Below are positions 35,495 to 47,439 of a stretch of DNA of 64,000 bases, piece after piece (the stretch's first letter is position 1; every line of letters starts with the position of its first letter). Source of the stretch: Eledone cirrhosa (taxonomy: Eukaryota); NCBI GenBank assembly GCA_964016885.1, contig OZ024749.1, forward strand, positions 11,408,001 through 11,472,000, in the 5' to 3' direction. A program made the translations under genes and the position numbers. Under the pieces are notes generated by a model. The model was not told where the DNA came from, did not search any database, and worked only from the letters and a program-made list of their open reading frames with translations.

Positions 35495-36530
35495 TCTACA
35501 GGGCACAGACGAGATATCCTCCCTACTCTACAGGGCACAGACGAGATATCCTCCCTACTCTACAGGGCACAGATGAGATATCCTCCCTAGTCTACAGGGC
35601 ACAGATGAGATATCCCCCCCTACTCTACAGGGCACAGACGAGATATCCTCCCTACTCTACAGGGCACAGATGAGATATCCTCCCTAGTCTACAGGGCACA
35701 GATGAGATATCCCCCCCTACTCTACAGGGCACAGATGAGATATCCCCCCCTACTCTACAGGGCACAGACGAGATATCCTCCCTACTCTACAGGGCACAGA
35801 CGAGATATCCTCCCTACTCTACAGGGCACATATGAAATATCCTCCCTAGTCTACAGGGCACAGACGAGATATCCCACCCTACTCTACAGGGCACAGATGA
35901 GATATCCTCCCTACTCTACAGGGCACAGATGAGATATCCTCCCTACTCTACAGGGCACAGATGAGATATCCTCCCTACTCTACAGGGCACAGATGAGATA
36001 TCCCCCCCTACTCTACAGGGCACAGATGAGATATCCCCCCCCTACTCTACAGGGCACAGACGAGATATCCTCCCTAGTCTACAGGGCACATATGAGATAT
36101 CCTCCCTACTCTACAGGGCACAGATGAGATATCCTCCCTAGTCTACAGGGCACAGACGAGATATCCCACCCTACTCTACAGGGCACAGATGAGATATCCC
36201 ACCCTACTCTACAGGGCACAGATGAGATATCCCCCCCTACTCTACAGGGCACAGATGAGATATCCCCCCCCTACTCTACAGGGCACAGACGAGATATCCT
36301 CCCTAGTCTACAGGGCACATATGAGATATCCTCCCTACTCTACAGGGCACAGACGAGATATCCTCCCTAGTCTACAGGGCACATATGAGATATCCCACCC
36401 TACTCTACAGGGCACAGACGAGATATCCCCCCCTACTCTACAGGGCACAGACGAGATATCCTCCCTAGTCTACAGGGCACATATGAGATATCCTCCCTAC
36501 TCTACAGGGCACAGATGAGATATCCTCCCT
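35495..36530. repeat. Intronic ~32-bp minisatellite, ~32 units
   Basis: TCTACAGGGCACAGA(C/T)GAGATATCCTCCCTA(C/G) with variable C tracts. Confidence 0.95.
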
Positions 36531-36771
36531 TGACTGTAGAGAGTGCTGCTTCCCCACCTGCCATTTTTCCTTACTTTTGCTATTTAATTTTTTTTCTATT
36601 TTTCTTTTTTTATGCAAATGCTGATGAATTGAAAATGTACTTCTATAATAAGTTGTAATAATATGAAGAATATATAGCTTCAATTTCCAATTGTTATAAA
36701 TTTTGTTTATAAAAATCACATGTAGCAGGTTGGTGCAAACATAATTACAGGGTTTTAACTAGCAACTTTAA

Positions 36772-36909
36772 CCCTTTAGCATTCACATTACTCTATATAG
36801 TAAAGTATTTATTTTGAGAACAATACCTTAACATCAGTTTGAGTGACCAGTTACAGCCAGTTTCAACAGAAAGAGGTAGAGAATTTTGGCCGGTTTGAAC
36901 ACTAAAAGG
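36772..36909. mobile_element. piggyBac-type TTAA MITE (deleted copy; longer copy at 38074-38293)
   Basis: TTAA|CCCTTTAGCATTC ... GAACACTAAAAGG|TTAA. Confidence 0.8.
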
Positions 36910-37459
36910 TTAAAGCAATATATCTCAGTTCAGAAGAATCGTTTTTAACCAAAAATTTAACCATCAGAATTTATACAATGTTAAACATCTGTTTATTTAT
37001 TTCTTATGATATTTTGCGGGTCTATTTCCTTAAGGTCCCTCAATTGTTTGTTTTCAATCACAGGTTTTCTACAGTCTTCCTCATATTTAAGGCACTTGTC
37101 TTCACTACAAGTGTTTTGGAACCAATGTTCACCTGTGTATTCATAGATGGTAACCTAGTTAAATGCTTCATTGATATTATGAATGACTTTTGCTGATTCG
37201 TGTTCTATTTTGAAATCATACAATAAAAACACAAAATTTGCTTTTTCCCACCTTTAATAAGCAAGAATAAACCACAAAAACAAAACCATTAGCCTAAATC
37301 AATAGGCAACAATGAGGACTTGAAAATGGTGTATTATATGAACATAACTAAATAAATGTTTATTCCAAAACATCACATTTTCAGATAACAAAAACTACAA
37401 TTATTTTTAAAGCATGTGTTAATGTATATATTTTATTTCCATATTTTATTTCCATATAG

Positions 37460-37630
37460 TTAATGAAGCTGGAAAATGTGGAAGCTGTGGATATTTTGCT
37501 GAAAAGCTTATGAGATGTGCTCAATGTAAAAATGTAAAGTATTGCTCAAGAGATTGTCAAAAAGCTGCATGGCCTCTTCACAAGAAATCATGTAAATCTC
37601 ATAGCAAATTAAATCCCAGAGGTGAACTAC
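37460..37630 (+). CDS. Gene B exon 2a: MYND finger (171 nt, phase 1-1)
   Basis: CATATAG|TT acceptor and CTAC|GTAAGT donor. [39 protein letters not shown]. Confidence 0.85.
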
Positions 37631-37850
37631 GTAAGTTTTAAGTTTAGAAATATTGTTGGAATAAGCATACTACTACTACCACCGCCACCACCACCGAGAT
37701 ATCCTCCCTTGACTGGGGCTGTAGAGAGTGCTGCTTCCCCACCTGCCATTTTTCCTTACTTTTGCTATTTAATTTTTTTTCTATTCCTTTTTCTTTTTTA
37801 TGCAAATGCTGATGAATTGAAAATGTACTTCTATAATAAGTTGTAATAAT

Positions 37851-37948
37851 TGTTTCTACTTTAGGCACAAGGCCAGCAATTACCCAGTGCATTACTGGTA
37901 CTTTATTTTATCGACCCCGTAAGGATGAAAGGCAAAGTCAACCTCGGC
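37851..37948 (-). mobile_element. 5'-truncated family-1 SINE with 16-bp TSD
   Basis: TSD AATAAGTTGTAATAAT at 37835-37850 and 37949-37964. Single empty site at 36647-36662 in the other duplicate. Confidence 0.92.
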
Positions 37949-38843
37949 AATAAGTTGTAATAATATGAAGAATATATAGCTTCAATTTCCAATTGTTATA
38001 AATTTTGTTTATAAAAATTACATGTAGCAGGTTGGTGCAAACATAATTACAGGGTTTTAACTAGCAACTTTAACCCTTTAGCATTCACATTACTCTATAT
38101 ATACTATTATATTGTCATGGTAAAGGCTTTACCTCACATAATTATCTCACATAATATCGAATCTATGAGATTTTGAAAGTATTTATTTTGAGAACAATAC
38201 CTTAACATCAGTTTGAGTGACCAGTTACAGCCAGTTTCAACAGAAAGAGGTAGAGAATTCTGGCCGGTTTTGGCCGGTTTGAACACTAAAAGGTTAAAGC
38301 AATATATCTCAGTTCAGAAGAATCGTTTTTAACCAAAAATTTAACCATCAGAATTTATACGATGTTAAACATCTGTTTATTTATTTCTTATGATATTTTG
38401 CGGGTCTATTTCCTTAAGGTCCCTCAATTGTTTGTTTTCAATCACAGGTTTTCTACAGTCTTCCTCACGTTTAAGGCACTTGTCTTCACTACAAGTGTTT
38501 TGGAACCAATGTTCACCTGTGTATTCATAGATGGTAACCTAGTTAAATGCTTCATTGATATTATGAATGACTTTTGCTGATTCGTGTTCCATTTTGAAAT
38601 CATACAATAAAAACACAAAATTTGCTTTTTCCCACCTTTAATAAGCAAGAATAAACCACAAAAACAAAACCATTAGCCTAAATCAATAGGCAACAATGAG
38701 GACTTGAAAATGGTGTATTATATGAACATAACTAAATAAATGTTTATTCCAAAACATCACATTTTCAGATAACAAAAACTACAATTATTTTTAAAGCATG
38801 TGTTAATGTATATATTTTATTTCCATATTTTATTTCCATATAG

Positions 38844-39014
38844 ATAATGAAGCTGGAAAATGTGGAAGCTGTGGATATTTTGCTGAAAAGCTTATGAGAT
38901 GTGCTCAATGTAAAAATGTAAAGTATTGCTCAAGAGATTGTCAAAAAGCTGCATGGCCTCTTCACAAGAAATCATGTAAATCTCATAGCAAATTAAATCC
39001 CAGAGGTGAACTAC
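38844..39014 (+). CDS. Gene B exon 2b: duplicate MYND finger exon (171 nt, phase 1-1)
   Basis: CATATAG|AT acceptor and CTAC|GTAAGT donor. Identical to exon 2a apart from the first base. Confidence 0.8.
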
Positions 39015-39083
39015 GTAAGTTTTAAGTTTAGAAATATTGTTGGAATAAGCATACTACTACTACTACTACCACCACCACCATTG

Positions 39084-39610
39084 CTAAAACAAGTCTAATA
39101 AGGCCTCTCCATTCATATTTAGATCAGGGTCACCATTCCTTCCAATCACTCCTTTCCATGTAAGGGGTTCAGTGCCAACATGTGCATTGAAGTCTCCCAT
39201 CAGGATATATGACTCAGTCTTAACTACATCTAACACTGTAGTGACTTCATCAAGGAAGGACCTGTATTCAGACTCCTTGTTTGGTGCATAAACTTGCACC
39301 ACCTACAAAGACCTATCTTTCAGTCTAAGCTTGCTTGAAGAGGCAAATCCTCCCTCCTAATGGAATCCAGTCCATAATACATTCTGACAGCCAGGGGCTT
39401 GTGAGTATCCCCACTCTCACATGTGCTGTCATTTCTGGTGCCACACCTGAATAGTGGAGTTTCCATCCTCCATCCAAATCTATAGTATTAGAGCCACGGA
39501 ACTTTGATGAGGAAACTTCAACTATATCTAACCAGTAGCATCTAGCCTCCTCCATTAGTTGCTACTCCTTAACTGTAAGGGTTGTAATGTTTCAGTTACA
39601 AATTCTCTTC
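39084..39610 (-). mobile_element. LINE AP-endonuclease fragment (different family)
   Basis: GGWKLHYSGV...VGILTSP, VQVYAPN, LMGDFNAHVG and NGEALLD. Confidence 0.8.
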
Positions 39611-39787
39611 TGGACTTCTTTGCAGTCTTGGGATACATAACCTTTGTGCTTCCATCCCATGCCTAACAGGCTCATTGCCAGTTCTTGCAGTGTTGAGTGG
39701 AGACTGCAATATATTTTTTTAACCCCTCTACTTAAGGCCTTTTGCTTCCTTTGTTAACCCACATGAAAGACAATGTGGTATGGATGT

Positions 39788-41338
39788 TGTGGTAAAATGT
39801 AATGTATCCTAGTTGGATAGTTCATTGACATAGACGTGAGGGAAGGTCCCTCGTCTATTTACCATTTTGTGTTTGTGAGAATTATAACAAAGTGAGTGAG
39901 TGTGTGCGCAAACAAGACAATAACCACAACGAGAGTTAAGTTCAACAATTGTAAATAATGGTGGTTTATTTATACTACAAATGGAACGTACCAAATGTTG
40001 ACGTGGTCAGTTGTGGTGAAAGGAACGTATTACCATTACAAAAGTATTGTGGGGTTTATTGTTTGCTGTTCCCTTGGCTGCTTTCTGTGGCGTGGTACAG
40101 AGGCTGTTTTCTGGCGTGTGATCAGTCTGCTTTCTAGTGGCTGTCTGTTTACTCCTCGTGTTTTCAACCAGCGGGAGATAACTAGGGTTGTTCTATTATC
40201 CTGGCAAGAGGCATGAGGCGTCTTACTACAGTATCCCCTGCCAGATTTTCAAATCATCGAAAATCGATGTCATTACTCACATGTGGAGTAAGATGGCGAA
40301 CAATGCAACAAGGGGGAGCTATTCGCTCTACCAAACGTTGAATCCAGAATAAGGATTTGAAAAATGTTAAAAAAAACAACAACATGCATGCATAAAAAAC
40401 AAGGCAAAGAAAAAGCAGAAAAACAGAGGCAAAACAAAAGGAGCAGCTAACATAGTTTAAATATAGATGGTGCTGCAACATTTTTTGGGCTAGTGGACCC
40501 TACGACCTGAACGGGTTGTGGTCTTGTAACGTGGCGATGGTGGTGGTGGTGTAGGGACAGGCGATGATGGTGGTTCAGGAACAGGCGTTCGCTCAACAGG
40601 CAAATACGAAGGGGTTCGTGGATCAGGAACCACAGCGTCCGTGTCAAGGTGTGCCTGCTTAAGCCTGTCTATTGTAACTGTCTCCCTGGACCCCTTAATA
40701 TCTAATGTGAAATGCTTAGCCGAGCGCGTTAAGACACGGTAAGGTCCAGTGTAAGGCTGTGTGAGCGGGGGCTTCACAGAATCTTTCCTTACAAAGACAT
40801 GCGTCCACGAGGCAATATCCCTCGGGACAGCAGTCTTGACAGTTTGTTTCCTAGTGTCCATTGGCGGCAAATCCTGGAAATAGGAGCGCAAACGGGACAC
40901 GTAGGAAGCGTGATCTTGGGCATCAAGATCGATAGGGGCAAGCATTTGCCCGGGCAACATCAGAGGGGCACCGTACAGTACTTCGGCCGGTGAAAATCCA
41001 AAGTCGACCTTCACCGTTGACCGAATCCCTAGTAGCACAATAGGGAGGTACTCGCTCCAATGCGCCGAGTCCATTGAGGCCATTAAGGAGGCCTTCAGTT
41101 GGCGGTGAAAACGCTCCACCATACCATTCGAAGCGGGATGGTACGCCGTAGTTCTAATGCGTTTAGTACCAATTAATTTTGACAGCTCGAGGAAAAGGCT
41201 CGACTCGAACTGTCGTCCACGGTCGGTAGTTATTGTGGATGGAACTCCATAACGAGAGATCCATCCAGACACAAGAGCACGCGCTGTTATCTCAGCGGTG
41301 ATGTTTTTCAAGGGGATGGCTTTTCTCAGACCTATCAA
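39788..41338 (-). mobile_element. Gypsy/Ty3 LTR retrotransposon 3' fragment (integrase, PPT, probable 3' LTR ~39788-40230)
   Basis: Integrase [21 protein letters not shown]...[20 protein letters not shown] and GPY motif. PPT CTGGCAGGGGATAC abuts TGTAGTAAG at 40230 (minus). The far LTR boundary is approximate. Confidence 0.85.
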
Positions 41339-42207
41339 GACTACTTTTTTAGAGGCGGCTTTTACTCAATCTTGTTGTAGGTAATATATCTCTGGATTTG
41401 AGTTTTCTTGGAAGCTAACAGTGTCACACATTTCTCCAGCTCCCCTACTAGTTGGTCTGGGATTGCTTATTCATGCAGCAAGGACCCTCTTGTATCACAA
41501 CTGATCATCATATCTGGTAGCTGTATCACTATCCACCATTCTCCTGCCAAGAATAAGCATACTTATCTATTTATGTTCAGAGTTTGATTAAAATATCATT
41601 TTTTGTTAGTTTCTAAATATGACTGAGCCATAGTTGTTCACACATCATCTGTATTGTATCTAGGAGTTACTGGGTGTTTCAGCTCTTACAACAAGTCACA
41701 CTCGATTGCTGTAGTTTTAGTTTTACTGCCTCTGCCACCTCTACTACCAACTTAACCTTTTCCTTACTAAACTTCTAATGAAAGACATTGCCTATCATTT
41801 TCAAATTACTTTGCCAATAATCAAGAATTTAGTGGGATTGAGTAATATAACTTTCTTTCTCGTTATTTATTTAATGGCCGAGGGGCTGGGGGGAAGTTTT
41901 GGTAGAGCCTTCGACAAAATGTTTTACAATATTTAGCTAAAACTTTCTACATTCTGAGTTCCAATCCCACCAAGGTCAACTTTGCTCTTCATCCTTCCAG
42001 GGTCAATAAAATATAGTACCAGTAAAATACTGGGGTCAATATAATCAACTTTCCCTTCAAATTGCAAATAAATAAAGTTTTGTATCATATGACCCAGAGC
42101 AGTTTTATGTGGGTTGCTATCAAAAGGGTTAAATACATTTCTGTTACAATTTATGATTTATTCCTTTTACCATATATATAACTTCAGTTTCTAAACTTTT
42201 ATTTCAG

Positions 42208-42380
42208 ATCCACTACTAAAAGCAATAAACAGAGCAAACTTTCTATTTCCTTCACATAATATACTTACTAAGTTTATTGAGGTTAGATCAGAATTCTATG
42301 AATCGGAAAAAAATACACTCTTTGTTGCTGTGATTGTCGGTCCAGGATATCATCTGTTTAGACCAAGTGTTTTTATAATG
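42208..42380 (+). CDS. Gene B exon 3
   Basis: TTTCAG|AT acceptor and ATG|GTGAGT donor. Open frame (H)PLLKAINRANFLFPSHNILTKFIEVRSEFYESEKNTLFVAVIVGPGYHLFRPSVFIM, homologous to gene A exon 3. Not in the ORF track. Confidence 0.8.
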
Positions 42381-42739
42381 GTGAGTATATGTCTTTATAT
42401 ATAACTTTTCTTTCTACAGTCTCAAATCAACCTCTTTTTTAAAAGTATATAAATGCATAGAAACATCCTTTATTTCACCTAATTCTACCATTGCTCTGTT
42501 GAAGTTGAAACAAGCAAATGTAAAATACTTTCTGCCTCCTATTTACCTCCGTCTCTTTAGTTCCTTCATTCAAACACATTATTTATTAATTACTTTATTG
42601 TTTCCTTCAGTAACTTCTTCTTACTATCATCCATAGTTATTAGGACCAACCAAATTCCAGCAGGACAGAGTAGGTTTTCATTAATCCAAACTCCAAATCG
42701 CAAAAGCCACTACTTCAGCTACTACTCCTCTTAAACATT

Positions 42740-45700
42740 ATCATAGACCTGGTTGTTTCATATGATCAATGGACTAGAGAGATGGAGAGTCAGAAGACGC
42801 ATGAAGACGATGATGAATTCACCTCCTGTCTCTGGATGACCACGTAAACATTCCTCTTTATTTCAGGCATGGAAAACCCAAACCAACACAAAGCCATCTC
42901 TGACTCTCCTCTCTGATCCCCCATTCCATTCCTTCCTCTCTCCCAGCGAACTCCATAACTTCAGAGTTGGTACCTTGAACGTAGGTGTGATGAAAGGATG
43001 ATCAAGTGAGATTGTAGATGTGTTTAACGTAAGGGAGTTGATGTTTGCTGTGTACGAGAGACTAGATGGAGGAGAGGGTCAGCTAGATCCATTGTGGGCA
43101 AAAAACGATGCTACAAATTTTTCTGGGTAGGGTAGGAATTATACTAGCACAAAAATGGGTAGATAAGGTAATTGCCAAAAATAGAGCGAATGACAGAATC
43201 ATTAAAATTAGACTAGTTCTAAACCGAATAACCGTGTCAATTATAACTGCTTATGCACCCTAGTCTGGTCTACTAGACGTTATAAAAGAAAAGTTCCATG
43301 AGTCCCTAATGCACACTACTTCCCAAATAAATGACAGTTACTACATAATTATTGCTGGTGACTTTAATGAGCATGTTGGACAACATTGTGATTCATGGTG
43401 GTTATGGGTTTGGTACGAGAAACAAGAAAGGTTTCAGGATCCTGGAATTCTGTGATGCCAATGACTGACCTATCTGTAACATAAACTTCAAAAAAACGAG
43501 ACAATCACTTGATCACCTATAGATCAGAGGAGCACACTGGCCAGATAGATTTTTATCTTTACCAGAAGACAAGACAGAGTGTCATTTGTAAACACTAAGT
43601 CCCTTTCTGGTGAAGAATGCACCTCCCAACATAACCTAACAGTTAGTGACCTCATAATCAGGGCTAGATGAACTCGACAACAGAGGACAACCTTGAGGAG
43701 AAGAATGTGGACTTTGAAGGACCCCACAGCCAGTAACAAATTTAGAGGTATATTACTTGATGCTTTTGACAGTAAGGAAGAGCAAATATAGATGTATAAT
43801 ATAGAGGAGCAGTGGGAATTCCTGAAAGATAACCTACTGAAATGAAATCTGTATCAGGCCTCTAGTGAGGAGAGTGACTTGGTGGTGGAACAGTAAGATG
43901 GAGGAGACAATCAAGGCCAAATGGCGGATGGAGGAGGTAGAGAACATTACCAGGTGGCTAGGAAAGAAGCTAGGTGACAAGTATACTTTGCAAGAAGGGA
44001 AGCAGAAGATAAAAAATGTAAGCATATTCTGTAATGCGAGGACCAAGGGCATGAGGTGTTCAGGATTGCAAGGTAATGTGTCAAGGAAAATTGTGATATT
44101 GTTGGGGAGAAGTGTGTCCGCGATGATAACAGAGTACTTGCCATCACTGACCCTGAAAAGAAGGTATTATGGAAGACTATTAAATGAGGAGAATGAATGG
44201 GATAAAGATAGTTTGCCCCAAGTTGACTCAACTGAGGGACCGGCTGTACAAGTTAGTAGTAGTATAGTAAATAAGGCAATCAAAGATATGAAGACAGGCA
44301 AGGTAGCTGGACCTTCATGGATAGTTGTTGAGATGTTGAAAGCATCTGGAATGATGGGACATATCATAGTCACCATATAGTAAACCAAATAATACAAAAT
44401 GGGGTCATACCCAATGATTGGCATAACATCATCATCGTCAACTGCTTCAAGGGCAAAGGAGATGCTCTAGATACAGAGAACTATAGAGGCATAAAGTTAG
44501 TTGACCAGGTAATGAAGATCCCCAAAAGAGTCATCGCACAGCTGATTAGGGACCGAATTAACCTTGATGAAATTCAGTTTGGATTGTGCCAGGTAAAAGT
44601 ACCACGAACGCCCTCTTCCTCGAGAGGCAACTGCAGAAGTACCTAGCTAAAAGTAAACCCCTCTACTTAGCTTTTGTTGACTTGGAGAAAGCCTTTGACA
44701 GAAGCCCCCCTTCCCCCGTTCTATTATTTGGTGGGTTCTTAGACAACTAGGAGTAGATGAGTGGCTTGTGAAGGTAGTACAAGCCATGTATAGAGGAACA
44801 ACCAGCAAGGTTAGAATTAACAATGACTATAGTGAAGAATTTAGCATTCATCAGAGCTCTGTCCTTAGCCTTCTCCTGTTTATTATTGGCCTACAGGCTA
44901 TAACAGAAGAGTTTAAGACTGGCTGTCCTTGGGAACTTCTGTATGCAGACGATCTAACTCTTATAGCTGAATCTATGGTAGAATTAGAGAAGAAATTGCA
45001 AACATGGAAGTATGGCCTAGAATCAAAAGGTCTTAAAGTTAATTTGTCAAAGTCTAAAGTTCTAGTATGTAGAAAGGAAAACAAGGTCCAGATCCCATCT
45101 GGGAAATGGCCATGCTAAGTGTGCAGGAAAGGAGTAAGTAGAAATTCCATTCTCTGTCTCAAATGCAAGCTATGGGTACATAAAAGATGTAGTGGGATCA
45201 CAGGCAAGCTATCAAAGAATGTAGGTTTTATATGTGGCCGAAATTCAGGTGCAGTAAGTAGCAAGTGCCCACAGGATACTAGCTCCTTCAAATGCCCAGA
45301 TGGTACTATAGGAATAGTCAACACTTTCTGTTACCTGGGTGATGAAATCAGCAGTGGAGAAGGGCAGATTGTACAATGTTTGTATACAAACAGCAATGTT
45401 ACATGGTAGAGAGACCTGGGCAATGTGTGCAGAGGACCTGCGAAGACTGGAAAGAAATGAAGCATGCATGCTCCAATTGATGTCTAATAGTAATGTACAT
45501 GAATGGAAAAGTCTAAATGAACTAAAAGAAAAATTAGGTATAAGAAGGATCAGATGCAGTATGCTAGAGAAGAGATTGCTCTGGTATGATATGTGATGTG
45601 TTTACTTGAGAGAAGATTATGTTGATATGGTCATGTGATGCGCATGAAAGATGACAGCTGTATAAAAATGTGCAGGGTGATCAAAATTGATGGAAGCTAT

Positions 45701-45900
45701 AGAGTAGGAAGACCTGGGACGAGGTGATAAAAGCTGACTTTACACAATTGCTCCTCTCAAAGACAATGACACAGGTTTGAGATCTTTGGCATTATGCAGT
45801 AATTCAGAAGACACACCTTCTTTTGTGCACAGACTCAAACATACATCTAGTAGGCACCTCTTAACCACTATACCCCCACCTACCCACCTATGTCCATATG
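42740..45900 (+). mobile_element. Full-length degenerate RTE-clade LINE (intronic in gene B)
   Basis: FRVGTLNV, AGDFNEHVG, KAIKDMKTGK, PWELLYADDL and GKWPC...WVHKRC, with many stops. Confidence 0.9.
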
Positions 45901-47439
45901 TGACCTTTCTTCAGGCACTAATATGCCTGAAACCTTGGGTAGCCCCTTTGTTCTGTTCATGAACATAAATAAATTATAAATAATTAATATAATATTTTTG
46001 CTCTCTTCCTGATTGAGGGCTGTTTTCCTTTTTACTTTTCACATCTATGGATTTTGCTACATATACATAAATATATATATATATAAGAGAGTATTGAAGT
46101 TTGCTTGAAGCATTGTGGAATAATAAGTAAATATCTTTAAGTCAAAACAATAAACAATAAACGCGTCCTCCGCTGTTTATTGTTTTGAATATTCAAAACA
46201 ACAAACAGCGGAGGACGCGTTCCGCACCTGTCCGACAGACAACCTTTTCCCCCACCCCGGAAAAAAACCCCAGTTGATGGATGTGAATCCGAAATATATA
46301 GGGACTATTAAATCTCTCCCAAGGTAACTCTCTCTCGTGTTGTTATTTTTATTTTATCCTTTATACTCTCCTTCATTCTACATATCTCACACATCTTATA
46401 CACACCACGCATCTCAACGTACACCCACTTACATCTCTCTCTCCACCACCGGATCTTGTTACCCGGAGATTTACCCATATGCATTGTCGAGGCTTCCAAA
46501 CGACTTAAAGATATTTACATATATATATATAATATTAAAAGGGTACAAAGAATCAGTATTGCATCATATACATATTTAATTACATATTACATATGTTTCA
46601 CTGCCGGTCAGCTCGAGGAATGATCGATTAATGTTCTAACCTAGCTCTGGAATCGGAAGCTCCTCAGACAGCTGCTCACATGTAGACGCACTGATCGCCA
46701 GTGACACATGTAATATGTAATTAAATATGTATATGATGCAATACTGATTCTTTATTCCATTTTAATATTATTATTGATACTCTGCTCCCACGAGAATCGA
46801 GTGCTCATCTTGGCATATCGCCTGTGGACGCAATTCATTTGCACCTCTAATACCTATATATATTCTATAAACTTCTCTCAATTTTTATTTTTATAAAATA
46901 ACCTCCTCGCTCGTTTAAATATGGTCGAAATTCTAGGATTTTATAAAATAACCTTCCTGCTCCCTACCATCCCCCCCCCCCCCCATACATTGTATACATG
47001 CCTGCTGGCTCTCTCTCAATCCCATCCCCTCTCTCTTCAAACATAAAATAAACTGTTGCGGGGTACGAAACTCAGAATTTGTCAAGCCATATTCTTGGCT
47101 ACATCGCTCACTCGCTCTTCTGTGTAATGTAATGTACAAATCCTATTTTCTCATCTCTCCATGTTCCCTTGTCCATTCATCTATCTGTATTATATCGTCC
47201 AGAATACAACCTTTTCTTTTTCAATGCTATTCGATAATTCTGTCTGATCATTCAAAATAATCTTCTTGTATTTTAAAATCCCATAATTCTTCCCTTATTA
47301 CAGTTATATGATCGTTCGATTATGGCCAAAATTTTGTGGATTTTATTTTATAACCTTCTCGCTAACTCCCCCCGCCCCCACTCACCACCATTATTATTTG
47401 AACCAATCATAAGTCAGCGGCCTATGTTATCACTTCTTA

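Larger units (their letters stand above)
36515..39080 (+). repeat. Tandem duplication (units ~36515-37695 and ~37696-39080), each containing the MYND exon
   Basis: Near-identical sequence at a 1384-bp offset around the exons. The units differ by a SINE insertion and a MITE internal deletion. Confidence 0.9.

Noticed and set aside
35495-36530. CRISPR-like appearance of the 32-bp array (also the 50-bp and 35-bp arrays)
   Set aside because: Units are head-to-tail with no unique spacers, there are no cas genes, and the context is eukaryotic. They are minisatellites.
36978-37196. 72-aa ORF repeated at 38362-38580
   Set aside because: Intronic AT-rich sequence conserved only because of the recent duplication. 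No domain.
46587-46672. Hammerhead-like core on the minus strand (CTGAGGA...GAAACATATGTA); similar partial cores at ~55575-55615 and ~62810-62850
   Set aside because: Stem I pairing is poor or the CTGANGA box is missing. Possibly decayed copies, so not called.
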